The position numbers and the translations under genes are program-made. This document shows, piece after piece, positions 1 through 14,000 of a stretch of DNA of 64,000 nt (positions are counted from its first letter, which is position 1; each line of letters starts with the position of its first letter). The notes under the pieces were generated by a model. It searched no databases. It was not told where the DNA came from and saw only the letters and a list, made by a program, of their open reading frames with translations. Origin of the DNA: Paramecium tetraurelia (lineage: Eukaryota); assembly GCA_000165425.1 (NCBI GenBank), contig CT868318.1, positions 62,001 to 126,000 on the forward strand, written 5' to 3'.

Positions 1-72
1 TTTAGACTAGTGAACAAAAAGTTTATTTATTTGATATTAAAGTACTAATAAAATTTATTTGTTAAATAAAAA

Positions 73-498
73 ATGAGCTTTAGAGTAGAAGAGTCTCCTC
101 AATTTAAGGAAGAAGAGTTAAATCTATCCAAAATTTACTAATACAGAGAATCTCATTTCTCTGGTTTCTCTTTCCCAAGCAGCGTCAGACATTAAAAAAG
201 ATAGACTTTTTAGGCTTCTGTAGAAACCAAGACCCCAACTCCTAATTAAACCAATATTGAAAATTCTCCATGTGAACTAAGCTATGAAATCGAAAGAATG
301 GTAAAAGAAAGAGAACAATTATTCACGGATGTGCAATTTTATGAACCTAAGGTTACCTTTAATGTAGATGAATCACCACAAAGAATAAGAATCCAAAGAA
401 ATAGTGCTCCCATGCCCAATACTTAATTATATCACTTAAACCAATAAATAATAGATGCCGAGCATACTTATAATTAGTACTGCTATTAATTAATATGA
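73..498 (+). CDS. Hypothetical protein, 141 aa
   Basis: ATG at 73 after an A-rich leader; uninterrupted frame with TAA/TAG=Gln (MSFRVEESPQFKEEEL...) to TGA 496-498. Confidence 0.7.
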
Positions 499-574
499 TT
501 ATATTGACAATTATTATTATAAAATTTTTTGGAATCTAATTAAAGATCGTTTAGATTTTATTTGAAATATAGTA

Positions 575-1671
575 TCAATTATTGTCATTATACTCCTAAT
601 GCAACAGGGAAGCTCTGGAAACTTATTAAGTTAAGTCGATTCTAGCTTAACTCAGTTCAGATGCCTATTTTATAATAATAAAGGAATTACTAATTTACTG
701 CCATTCTATAATGATGAATAATCAAGTAGATTGCTATACATCCCTACAGCCATTGTCGTTAATCTTTTAAAACTTCCCATCATTTTTTTCTTACTTTCTT
801 AACTAGTAAAATTACTGCAGAGACTATTAGATGATTATGGTTTCTGCTATGTATATGATGATTATCTCATTGGAGTATCAAAATCTTTATGAGTGTTAAA
901 GCTGGCTTATCTTTGTCCTTGAGGACTTGTAAGCTAATTTAAAGGATTGGCAAACATTGCTCCGTCTCCTTTTAGATTTTCTATTTCTTCTCTCAATTGC
1001 TAAATAGTTTGTTCTTGTCTCCTATGGTCTTCTTTCATTTTCATCATTGATTAATGGATTGTAGACTATGTTTCATTTTATTTCTAAAGTTAACAATTTA
1101 ATTCTTAAATTATCTTGGTTTTCTCTAGCAATTTTTTGTGTAATTATTTCTTCTCTCTTTCGAAGGCATCCCTCAAAAGAACATCTGAATTTTTTTATAA
1201 AGCCTAAATTTAGCTCAAAAGCTACTGTTCTAAATTAATTGAGATTATTGCTTTACCTTAATTCTTGAGTTATGAGTTTTATTCTTACAACTCACTCATT
1301 TGCATTTCAACATGATGTAATTATTTCAATGCATGATCGCAATGCTCTTTCATTTCAACATAGTTTTGAACTTCCATTTCCAATTAAGCCTTGCTTAATT
1401 GCAGATCCTCCATTTCTCTATTTTTTTAAGTTAACTCTTCTTAATACTAAAATATCACAGCGCATAATTTATCAATTTGTTCTTCTACATATAAGACTCA
1501 CGTACCTTTTTAATTTAATTCCTAATCTTTTTCTTATAGTTTCATTTGCATAGCCTCAATTTACGCTTAGAGTGTTTTTTCTGGTTTCATCTCAGAAATA
1601 CCTCCTTTGTTAATCATATCTAGTAAGATTTATTTCTTTCTAGGATCTGGATGAAGAGTTTATTATTTCAT
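575..1671 (-). CDS. Coiled-coil hypothetical protein
   Basis: MKQQTLHPDPRKKQ...; E/Q/K-rich heptads; three inferred tiny GT-AG introns (e.g. 1485-1505, 21 nt with in-frame TGA); TGA at 575-577. Confidence 0.75.
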
Positions 1672-2559
1672 AATTAATTTATGCTTAATTTATTATTAAA
1701 ATAGTGTAGCTTTCCACAAATAAACGAGGTAAACTATTAAAAAGTAATACAATCAAAATAAAAATACTGAGTTTATTACTATTTATAATTGAAATATACA
1801 AATTAAAATATAGGTCTTATTTTACATGTAATTTGCTCAGTTTCATTAAATATTGGACAAAACTCAATGTCATTCCTTAGTGCCATGTCATTTAATTGAA
1901 ATTATGATTATTATATTACAAATTGACAATTTTATTAGAGAAATTGATTAATTAAATTTTCTATTTAGTATAATGAAACGTTATGATTGGATTCACTTGG
2001 AGGAAAGTTCTAATGAGTTTGCTGCATAATTCCACTAAATATATTGCATATAGAATTGATGTGGAGGGAGACATTGAAATAGAAATAAAACTGAAGAGAA
2101 TGTATTGATAGTGGAATTGAAATTAAAACTTAAATCTACAAGTCCTTTCGTAAATTTAACAAATGAGATTACAGAGATTTAATTTCATTTAAATATCATT
2201 CTTATTATAAAATTCAATTTATTTAAACGAGTTCCTCAATGCTCATGATAGAAAATATTTCTAGAAAATAAATGTTAGCAAATTTCTTTTGTGAATTTGG
2301 TTAATTAAGATTCATAATGACATTGTTTAATGAGTTTTTATAAAGATGTATTGAAATGAATTGTTGTTTATTTTTTTGATTCCAGGTATCGCATTCTTGA
2401 TTCTGTGAAGAGAATGCTATTAGTAATGATAAGAAATAGTATGTGCAGGGTTGGATGCTGAAATCTGCAGTGCTTTTAAGAAAGTACTAGTAATTAGATA
2501 GTAATAAAACATAGAGTAACTGGAATTAAGTTTAGAAATGAACAAAATTATAGTCAAAT

Positions 2560-3335
2560 TCATTTGAGTAATAGATCCTCTATCTCTTACTTTAAATTGC
2601 CATTCCTTAATTCCTGGAGCAAGGATTTTGTGTCAGGATAAGCCTCCATTATAAGTGTCATGTCTTTGTCATCTACATTCAACATTTCTCTAATCTCTAA
2701 ATCTAATTGCTTAGCCATTCTCTTACATTAGGACTGTTCGCTACGTCTGCGTGTTTACATTAAAGGCGCATCTTACTAATCTAGAAGTCTACGTTTTCTC
2801 TTTAAATTGATAAATTGGCGATCTCCACTTTGCTTTTTGATTTCGTCATAATCCAGTACACTGTCCTCTTCTTAAGGTATGTCCTTTATCATTTTGAGGT
2901 TTAACTTCACCTTGGTGCCCTTGACCTAGACAGGCAAGTTCTAATCAGTTTTTGGTTAAGCTGGGATAGGAGGCTAAATTGGTAAAGGCATAACCATCTA
3001 AGGAAGAGGTTGTATTTGAGGCTACGGAGGCACCAATGGCATGCGCAGAGGGCCCATAGAAGCCATGGATGGAATTTATTACATTTACTGCATTTGTTGT
3101 AGTTGTTGCATCAAAAAGTATTAGGGCATATAGTTCATGCAAGGTTGCCTAGATTTTCATAATAGCATAGACAATAAAGTATAGAAGGTATAAGAATGTG
3201 GGTAAATTATGTTGTTACATACATATATTAGGGATTTGGGTAAATCATTTGGGTCTATGGAGTTGGCTACATTTGAGGGTACACTTGAGGCTTGGCTTTG
3301 AGCATTGCTAGGTAATCTTAGTTAGGAAAACTCAT
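2560..3335 (-). CDS. Pro/Gln/Met-rich protein with basic (NLS-like) C-terminal region
   Basis: MSFPNQDYLAMLKAKPQVYPQMQPTP...; a 74-nt GT-AG intron (3149-3222) is needed to join the two P/Q/M-rich parts; LKRKRRL cluster; TGA 2560-2562. Confidence 0.7.
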
Positions 3336-4709
3336 TTTTCAGATATTTAAATATATCTCTAAGAATAAAACACAGATTTGATATTTAGATTTACAAAAGA
3401 TATTATGCCATTTCAAAGGGGCTTATTTCATTCTCGTACTTTAGAATTTACGTGTCCAATCCTGAATAAATGGCAATCCAAGATTAATTAAGCCAATAAA
3501 TACTCATGAATCGCAGAAACTCTATCTCACAAATCGTTCCTCAGTGAATTATCCAACAACAAAAAATCGCTTTATGGGGAAATTCATAATATAAAAGCAA
3601 CCATAAGAAGTTCACTAGTTTCAATAATGTATATTCATATGTATATAGCAAAAGAAGAGCGATAGATTTTCATTTTAATCTTTGCGAAGCAGAATAAGAA
3701 TTAAAAATTTAAATATTATTATTGAACAACCAAGACATGTTAATATTGCTCTCCTGGTAATAATTGATAATTTAGTACAATCTCAAAACTATTCAATATA
3801 TTCAATTTCATTCGAAATAGATCATTTTAATTTCACATAAAGAAATTTGTCTTCACGAAGTTTAAACCTCTAAGAAATAAATTTATACTCCTACTAAAGT
3901 AATACTATATGAATTGAAAATGCTTTGAAGAATAAAACTGGATTAATTAACTAAAATAAATTAAGGAATTTTGTTTCAAGTACTAATCACCTCTTTATCA
4001 GTAACAACATTTGTTAAATATTGGAAGATTAGATGATTACTTTAGTATTATTGAATTGTGAAGTCAGTGATTACATTGATTATTTTTAAATTAATAAATG
4101 AAAAATTACAATCTCCAAGGCTTGATGAGTTAGTCATACAATTCTCATATCAAAAAGTATTAAGGGACAAGCATGTAAATCCCTCCTGATAATTTGAAGA
4201 TTATTTGAATTGAATTCAATTCAGCTTCCTAAAGAATATAATCATTAGATAAATTAATTATAAATTTAATGTACTTCTTATACTCCTATATTTTCAACTA
4301 AGGAAGATGTTTAGAGCTACAAGACAAATTAATATAACTGGCTACCAATAAGGTTCAAAAGGGAGACTGCCTTCTATCTAATTAGAGAGAAGTGATATTC
4401 ATATGTGTTTTAGTGAATTTATATTGCAGTAAACTGCATTTGTGACTATAAACAACTAAGTAAAATAGACATTAAATTTTATATATCCAAATGAGAAAAT
4501 TTATATCTGATGAGGAATACAAAATACTTACTACACTCTAGGTAAATGAAGAAATTTGAGAGCAGATAAATTGTTGGCAAAATGATGGATTAATTAAAAG
4601 GAACTTTTGAAAATAGAAAATTTGCTAACTTATAATTTTTTATGAGAATAGAATTAATATATTTTAAATTTATTATTTAATTCCATAATTCAATTTTATA
4701 GAGTTTATA

Positions 4710-7700
4710 TCATCCAATTAGTGGGTCAACTCTTCTATTATTGAACTTTTAATAGGCAAAATATCCACCAACTCCCAGTATGGCTACTCCAAATATAACG
4801 ATTAATGTAATCCACCACCATTTAGAGCTTTGGAATATAAAATAATTTTTACCTTGAATTACCATCATCAGGGTTAGGAGGATTAGGAGATCCATTAACT
4901 GATAAATAAGCATATCCGACTGTTTCAGTGAAGTCATTTAAGAGCTAAAGTGTTATGGGGACTTCATCATCTAAGGCTGATGACTTCTTTAGAATCAAAA
5001 CTGGATCAGCTCTTAAATCATACTTTTCAACTAAATATTCTTCTGATTTGGAATCATAGTTTATGTTTACGTAGACACTAGGCTAGAGGATTAAAAATAT
5101 ATATTACATAGCTAGCTCCAGATTCTTTTATTAATAATAATGCAAAATCGATTGGCAAAACCTTTTGGTAATTTGCACCAATATAGTGATTAAATTTAAT
5201 GGATTTAACAGCCGTTGGTCTATCGGAGGGAAGGTCATAAATTCCAATAATAACAGTAGTTTCATCAGTGTAAGGGATTGCAACATGTCCGTTAACATAA
5301 GCCAATTTATCAATAGCTGGCCAAGTGCCATATGGAGTTAAAATGTATAATAATTTGGTATTTTGTTTGATAATTGAAATTGTAGTAGTTGCTTTGGAGG
5401 CATCTAGATCAAAAGCAATGACATAATGAGCAGTGTTGCTTGTTGTAACAAGGATGTTGAGTGAAAGTGTTGTTCCAGAAACTGTATTGGATATAACTCT
5501 CACTTGATAAAACTTAGTATTTTCATTAAAGTAGAATTGTTCATCTTAAAGTGTTTGAAGTTTAAACAATTCCGATGTAGTTTTTGAAAAAGCTCCTGCT
5601 GCATCATAAGCGAAATGGCAAAAGTATAGACCTTAATTGATATCGGTAAAAACGATAGTATTGTAAGTCACACCATTGATTGAATATTTAGCAATATCAA
5701 AGTCACCAATTTACAAGAACTTACTTCCAACATATTAGTCATTTATAAGATATTTATTTGAAATAGAAAAGGTTTTTTCATCAGAAGTAAATGTTGCAAC
5801 AACAATCAAGTTATCCAAAGAACTAAAGTTTTCAGGATCTGTATTTAAAATGATGAGATTCTTTTTATCTGCCAGTTATATCTTGGAGATCTTTTTAATA
5901 CCGCCTATGGTTTAAGTTCCTTATTTAAATTATTGGCACGTTTGTTGTTAGCAGGTAGCGACATAGACACCAACTTCATTTTTAGTGTTCGACCAACTTG
6001 AGAAAATATAGCTTAAATCATCTGATACAGTAAGCAATTCACAGCTTTCAGTTCCCAATCTCATATCAAATCTTGATGAAAAATTACCCTTCTTATCTTA
6101 AAATATCAATGAATTTCTAGTTTAATACACTTATCCATAGGTTCCGAAAGCAGCTCCATCTGAAATGTCATATGGCAAATCCTTTCCATCTTTCACTCTT
6201 TCAATGTTCTGTTTGATAGTTAAATTTGAACCACATTTTTTACATATAACGTGAAAACTCGTGACTTATCCATAGTACCAATCAGTTCCCATTTCAATGA
6301 CCTACTCGGCTTCCTGTTTCACAAATTTAAACACTTTTTACATGTTATCGAATTATGCTTATTTAACAATCACAGTGCTTTGAGAATTGAGGATCTTTAT
6401 ATTAGATTATAATTTGTAAGGTGTGTTTCCTGGGAAATTAGTAATTTCAATTCCTGCGATAGTCTCTGTGACAAATTGTGAGGAATCCAAAAATGGAGTG
6501 ACATATAATTCGGCATCTGCCAAAATACTTATAAATCTATGAATGGTGTTGTTATTAAAGTAAGCAAACATCTATTTGCTGCCATCGATAGCCATATCGA
6601 AAGTCTTGCCATCTTGATCCAATGCCTTAGTTTCTAACACTTTATGTAGACAAATATGTGATACAACTCCAGGCTCATAAATCAAGACCACAGTTTGTTT
6701 TTGATCTTTTGCTCTTAAGAAGAGCCAGCCTGTTTAAGAGGAATAGTCTACAGTCAAAGGTTTTTACAATTTGTAATCATATAAAGGCAAGACCTTTGTT
6801 TTGTATATTCTTTAGATATGTTTATAATTGTATTCTTCTATGAGATCCAAATCATCTTATTTCTGAACTATGAAAAAGTTTTCAGGTCCAATTGCAACTT
6901 CAATTTGTGCTCCAGGGAGAATGGTGATTTCTTTTTATAAGATAAAGGATGAAATTTTGTCATTAGAGAAGGTACCAATAAATAAGGAGGAAAGAGTCTA
7001 AATGAAAATCAATGAGGATTTAGATTTGGCATTTCCAAACACTCTTTATGGAGTGAAATTACCTTTCACATTAAATTAAGCCAATTTGCTATCATTTATT
7101 TCGTATAATAATTAGAAAGGCATGTATCTTGAATAAATGAGTACTTTTTTTAATTTAGATTAAACTAAATAAATTTCATCTTCCAAAAAGGTCACTGAAT
7201 CGATTTTATTATCTGTTGATCCATCATCCACTCTGATTGTATCAATATGCTAAACATCTCCACCTGCACTTGCATATATTTAAATTGTGTAATCAGTATC
7301 TTAATACATATAATTGATATAAAGAGTGTAGATCCACCATGCAAAGGAGTGTTTAGTTTTATCAATAATGTGGTCCAATTAAAATTTATCGTAGTTCTTG
7401 CAGTCAGCTTCCTCATGATTTGTTAATTTGTGACTGCATCTATAAACAAATATCTCTTTAGTTGGGATTTGGAGCAACAAATAAAATACTCCTGAATTTT
7501 CATTGACCAACACATCTGAATATTCAACATCTTTGGCATCTGGTAAGGTGATGCCATTCAATTATAAATTCCATGCAGATTTAACAGTTAGGACTACTTT
7601 GTTATTGCCCCTTGAGTTTTGATTTCCCTGTATAGACACATATTGCAGATTTGGTCCTGAGGCTATTAAATCAATTCCAATAGGAGGAGAAGGGAGTGTT

Positions 7701-9301
7701 AAAGTAGCTGGCAAAGGATGACTACTTTGTTGTCTAATGGTAGTGTCACTCTGTTTCAACACTTGTACATTAAGGAGAACTTAGCATTGTTAAGATGGGT
7801 TGTCTAAAGAAATTGCTTTTAATGTATATGGCATCAATCCATCATTAACACTGTCTAAATACTTCAAACGAAGTAAGCCATTGCTGATTAAGAATCTGTG
7901 AGCAGAATTCTCGTTCACTCCCACCAAATCTGGTTCGTAAGGATTGATGATAACTTAATCAAACAAGTTTTGTGTAAATGTATATAGCTTTGATCCTGTG
8001 TCTGAATGATAAATGTAAAGGTATGTGTCTATCTTCAAAACCAAAAACAATTAACTCATTTACACCTATAAATTTTTGTAGGAAGTAATGTTTGGTGTCC
8101 TGAATGAGAATTTTTATAAGTCATTTTCATAGAAGTTGACTGAATTTTCAAACACTAACACCAAATGGTTGGTCACATTCCCTTCTGAGCCTATTAAATA
8201 ATTAAAATCAAATCCATAACAGGGTGTCAGATATGGAGGTCTTATGTGAGTCTTTAGTTTCCACTCTAATTAGGCTGATTCGAAATACAACACATAAACA
8301 CCGTTAAATGCATCCAAAACGTAAATTTCTCCATTAGGTTCTAATTAAAAATCAATTAAATAAAATTTTTATGTTGTCTCAGATGTACCCAACAATTTTG
8401 CTATAACTGTCTTTGTCAATACAGCCACAGGAGCAGGATTTGACAATTGAAATTTGTTATCAAAACGGTAAACTTCCAATTCACAATCGTCATCCAATTT
8501 ATTTTATGCCATATCTGCATGCTCAGTAGCCCATGCAGGTTCACCTCTGAATAGTAAGGCTTATCTATCTCGATTTGAATAAGTATAATTATGGAACAGT
8601 ATTTTTCGATAATCTGTATGATTGTAATTATATCCTTAAGGATGCTCATTCGGGAAAAGAGCATACTGATCTGGACTTGCAATATCTACCACTATGAATC
8701 CATTGGTATAGCCCTTTGTCTAATCATCCAAGTCTTGTTGATAGCAATCTACGACAATCTTATTATTAGTCAAAAAATCTAAATCGAAACACACGAAGTT
8801 CCTTGTTTTGTTCCTGGCATTAATTTAACCCTTAAAAGCGGGAACTCTATCCATTTTTTATGGATCTCTATATAACATAATTATATATACATACCCATAA
8901 GAATAGAATACGTCAACATCTGAATTATTTTACTCTAAGAAAATAAAGTCATTCAGCCATGCTCCGTTTTCAAATGATCTGTAAGGTTTGAGACTTCTGA
9001 TTATACCAATTGATGCTAACTATATGATTGCATTCTTACGATCTCCATGACTGATAGACTCTCCTATTTCAGCAAAAGGATCGATTGTCTCAAAATAGGG
9101 ACAATCATCTGTGACTTTAAATTTTAGATTATCTCCTGTGAAAAAGTACTTTCTCATATCCCATTCTTAAGTTTCGCCCACTGTAGCATACACATTGTAC
9201 TGCTATTGAATAGTGTCTAATCATTAATCTTGATATTTACCACAAACTTATGCTACAGAAGTAAATACCATTACATTTAGCAACATCAAAAATTTCCTCA
9301 T
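4710..9301 (-). CDS. Large type I membrane protein (~1496 aa), beta-rich ectodomain, paralog A
   Basis: Signal peptide MRKFLMLLNVMVFTSVA; four introns (24, 27, 25, 25 nt) restore one frame; C-terminal TM WWWITLIVIFGVAILGVGGYFAY; short tail QKFNNRRVDPLIG. Confidence 0.9.
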
Positions 9302-9557
9302 CAGGTAAGAAATCTTAATTAATTAAATAACTTAAATATTCTATAAATCTCATTTTATATTTAATAAAAATACTTTAATACAATGAATAGAATGATTAAC
9401 AAAAGCCATTTTAAAACCTAAACAAAACATTCCATCTAAGAATCAGCATTTCCAAAACATCTCAAGCATACTAACAACCAATCCATTTAAATACTATAAC
9501 TTTAATACGATGTATTATATATATATCAATTAACGGGTATCTATTGATTCCATTCTT

Positions 9558-10549
9558 TCATCCACGTATTTCATATAATCTTTACAAAAATTCCTTATAA
9601 AACTGTAATTTTAGTTTTGATAACATAATTACAAGTTTTATCTGTAAATCTTGTTTTTGTTTTTCCAAACTTTCTGTACTTTGTAATTTAAAAATAATTT
9701 GTTTCCCAAAATGCTATGATTTGTGAAATAGCTAAAAGTAATCTTCGATATTATTACTTAAAATATTTATGGAGTGTTATCCACCACTTTAGGAGCAATC
9801 AATTTTGTCCCTATTGTGCAAAGTTCATTTATTGGAATGTCAACGTTAAACTACTTTATTTAAATATTGATACAAACAGTTTTTAGTTCAAATATTCGCC
9901 CTAAATGCACATTAAATAAACATCCTTTTTTAACCACTTCACATTACTAATATTTCTCAAACAAACACTCCATAAAAATTATTTCCCTGGTATCACATTG
10001 ATTTTTTATAGAGAATATTCAATAACCATTTTGAACAGAGGCTATGTTTTTGTCTGTAGCAAGCCATGGTATTCCAATCTCTCATCCACCAATTAATTTA
10101 CTAGCTATTCCATATTACATTATTAATTCTATTCATTAGATTTTTTATTAATAATTTCAAAGTTCTTGTATCCTTCCTGTAATTATTCTAATATTATTTG
10201 ACAATTTTACAATCTGAGTCTTTATATTGAATTAAGATACTCTAATTTAAAGCTTGAATCTCTTCTTACTCTAGACTGTCTTCATATGATTTCTTTATTA
10301 TGAATTTTAATTTCATATGTCCATATAATTATTTTAACTCGTTAAAATGGTCTTCATCATTGATTCTAAAGGGAGTTTGTTCTAATTTACTTTAAAATAA
10401 AAACTTGGAAGAGCTTAAGTGTAAATCTCAAAGTTTTTCCTTAATTTATTTGGAAAAAGAAGTCTTATATTTTCTATTATTTAATTAAAGGTATTGACTG
10501 AAGAGGGTAGCTTATGTATTTTGTTTTCAAAGACAACTTTAATATTCAT
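9558..10549 (-). CDS. PB1-like + NBR1 FW-like domain protein
   Basis: N-terminus MNIKVVFENKIHKLP...RINDEDHF resembles PB1; VIPGKQFLWSVCLRNISNVKW...QHFGKQI resembles the NBR1 FW (Ig-like) domain; several tiny introns; 3' end approximate. Confidence 0.6.
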
Positions 10550-11039
10550 ATTTTAAAAATATTTCTTTTATAATATAGAAGTTTTTTAGGATTTATTACA
10601 ATAGTGTCTATATTATCAATCTTTCTAAATTCAAATACTATGATTAGACAAAATAAAGGTCTATAAGTGAAAACTATACATAGAATTACAATTTAGATAT
10701 TATTCTAAATTATTGCTAACATTTTTCTTTATATTTGTTAAATTTAAAGTTAATTTTTATAATTTATGTCTTATGATTATTTATCATTTTTGTTATTTAT
10801 TATTAAGAATAGAGTAGACTATCTATTTTCTTTTTTAGTTCTTTAATTTGTTTGATTTAGTTTTAAACCTACAATTTATATGATTTAATTGAAATTTCTA
10901 AAGACTTTATTTTTTTGGCTAAATTAGTTGTTTGATAATAGAATTTTCATCTACAATTTCAGAGATAATAATAAGACATTATTAAATAAGAAATAGATAA
11001 CAATTTAAATTAAATAACTAGATGAACATATATATTATT

Positions 11040-14000
11040 TCATTAGTTCATCAATGATACTTTTGCACTAGAAGAAACTTGTGAGCCCTTCTTAAAGAAC
11101 TTAATATAAACAAAAAAGGCTCCGCCTAATATAGCAAGTCCACCTAAAATTCCTAATAATATCCAAAGCCAAACGAGGGAACTAGGGTGTAATAATTAAA
11201 GAATACCTTCCACTATCACCATCATCTGGAGGAGGAGGAGGATTATTGTTGTTAATAATTTCAAAGGCTCCCAATGCAGAACTGTAATCATTTTCAATTT
11301 ACAATTCTATTATCTAAGATTGTACTTAGTCTCCGGATACTATTTTAATTTTAGGAACATCATGGATAGTATATTTCTTGAGGACATAATTATAGGATTT
11401 GCTATCTTCTTCAATATTTGTATAGATGGAGGGCTTATAGATTTATAATAATATGTACTTCAGTCTAATTTGTAGGTTTTTAGATAACAAGGGCGAATTA
11501 AGTATTTGAAGCAAGGTGTCTGACAGTTTCTGCTCCAGAGATTGTTATCATTTTGGCTGTTGCATCAGCACTTAAGGCTGTCAGTGATGGTAATTAATAA
11601 ACGCTAATCATTAGATGAGATGAATTATAATAAGGAACAGCAGCATGTCCTTATCCAACAACAAATTTATTCAAGGTTTGCATGGTTCCATAATGATTCA
11701 ATAAAAATGGAACACTTGTGTCTTTTAATGGCGAACCCTTATTAAGAGGTTCACTGATATCAAATGAAAATGTGATGGCATATTGAGCAACATTGTTCGT
11801 AGTGACTATCACAGTTGCATCTAATGTGTTTGCATTAGTTACACTTTTATAGGCTCTTATTTATTAGAAATTCGTATCCGCTTTGACTGCATAATCTTTA
11901 TTCAAAAATGAGGCTAGATTAAAAACTGACTGATGGTTGTCTTTTATTAGACCACCATCATTGTACATTTAAACAAAGTAAGTCTACCCAATAGCTGTTT
12001 GAATCATGATTTTCTAATAAAATGTATTTCCTTATTGGAATTAAACAACATCAAAATCAGTAATATAGTAATCATTACTAGGTGTTAGTTTGAAGTATAA
12101 TGCATCTAAAACCTTTTCATTCTTAACACTCCACTTTTGGTCTAAAGTTAATTAATAAACATGGAGAGCTCCTCTATTAGTAAGTGGATGATCTTGATCA
12201 GCATCCAAAATGTAAAGGTATGAATTTAAATATAAAACTTTAGATACTTGACTGAACTTTCCAATATTAGGAGTGTCTGATTGAATAGATGAGCATGTTA
12301 ATTTGGCAATATCACAATTAACAATATATAATAGAGTATCTGAGTTGTTAATACAAGTTACTAATATATACTCGTTTAAAGTCGTTAATTGAGTGCAATG
12401 AGTGCCAGGTTCTATCTTATGGACAAATTTAACAGTGTCATCATCACTGTTTTAAAATACCAATGATTTAGGATCAGCCAAATAAACAACTGAATCTTTG
12501 AATGCAGCACCAGCAATAATTTCATAATTAGCAAATTAGGTTCCTTCACTACTTTTGGTCAGAGGGTTGAGGATACTGATAAGTTTACCGTCACATTATT
12601 TGCAAATGATCCCGAATTTTGTAACATGACCATAATACAATCCATCATTAGTGAAATTCAAATATTAGGTTTTCTCAGTGGAATTGAAGTGGAATACTGT
12701 TTTGGCCAAAAGAGTAATGTTGACTCTAACAATAGATTGAGTGTTAATAAATTTAATTGGATATATTACACTTGTTTTTTAATCTGACAATGTATTAGAA
12801 ATGCCTACAGCTGCTTTCATTGATGTTGTATAAGCATCACTCAGATGACTTGGTACCAACTCCATCAATGAGTCCTTTAGGACTACTATAACCCTTTAGG
12901 TTTTCAAATCATTAAAATAAACAAACATTTATTCTTATCCAGAAGCAGCAGTTTCTAACAATTAACCATCAGGAATCAATTAATGTGTTTTTAATACTTT
13001 GTGTAATGAATTTCTATATAGGATGTTGGATTCGTAGATTAGAATTACAGTCTCTTTCTCAATAGAATCATAGGCTCTTACGAAAAGGAATCCTGTTTCA
13101 AAAACAAAGTCTATTGTTAGTGGAGTTTATAAAGAATATCTTCCATAGAATGGCATTGATTTCATTAGATAAATGTCATTTAAATTTTCATAATTGAATT
13201 CTTTGATGCTTTCCTTTTTCCCCTTGGAAATTATATAGAAGGTCTTTTAACCAACTGCAACTTCAACTTCGGCATCGGTTTCAATAGGAATAGCCTTTAA
13301 TAACACAAAATGAGTTCTTAATTCACCCATTATCACACAATCATCAGTCAAAACGAAGATGAATTCGCTGTTAGTGAATGAATTTCCAAATACTCTTTTT
13401 GGAGTCCAACTACAACCTGTTTAATATTCATCAATCAGATATGCATCAATGGAATATTTGATGAGAGTTGGATTGACTCCGAAAATGGCATCTACTTCTT
13501 TTTAAGCATGTTAAACGATATAAATGGTTTATTTTAAAGCTGTGAACGAAGTAATTTTAAATTCTGGTTTTGCCTCATAAGTAACGTTGCCTATTTTCTG
13601 ATGATCACCATTGTAATTACTATAGAATACGATTTCATAATCGTTCACTTAGAATTAGAAAGTCACTACTTCTTATTCGAATGTTTTCCAATCAAATTAT
13701 GAGTTTGTTCTGCTTAATTGCACTGGTAAATCAAATCGATCCTATATCTCACAATTAGTATGATTATCGTTGTAACTATGTGATTAACAATCCCAAATAA
13801 TAACACTTTTATTTTTATGTTACAAAAATAGATAGAACTTATTATTGTTATGATGATGAGGGTCAACTAAGAGATCAGCATAGGCAACATCTTTAGCATC
13901 GAACAAACTAACATTCTTAAGTTCTATTTCCCATAGAAAATGTACTAGAACTTCAACATGGTCCTAATGAAAATCTGGGGTGATGTATTATAGATTTGGT

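Noticed and set aside
1272..1553. 93-aa plus-strand ORF from the track
   Set aside because: Antisense shadow of the minus-strand coiled-coil gene; the same applies to many track ORFs (e.g. 18134-18397, 23561-23779, 30276-30521, 57494-57721).
2380..2562. SECIS element that would make TGA 2560 a selenocysteine
   Set aside because: No ATGA..AA..GA core on the sense (minus) strand and no redox motif in the protein.
3406..3475. 8-bp terminal stem with CTGA, resembling a C/D snoRNA
   Set aside because: No RTGATGA C box at the matching position.
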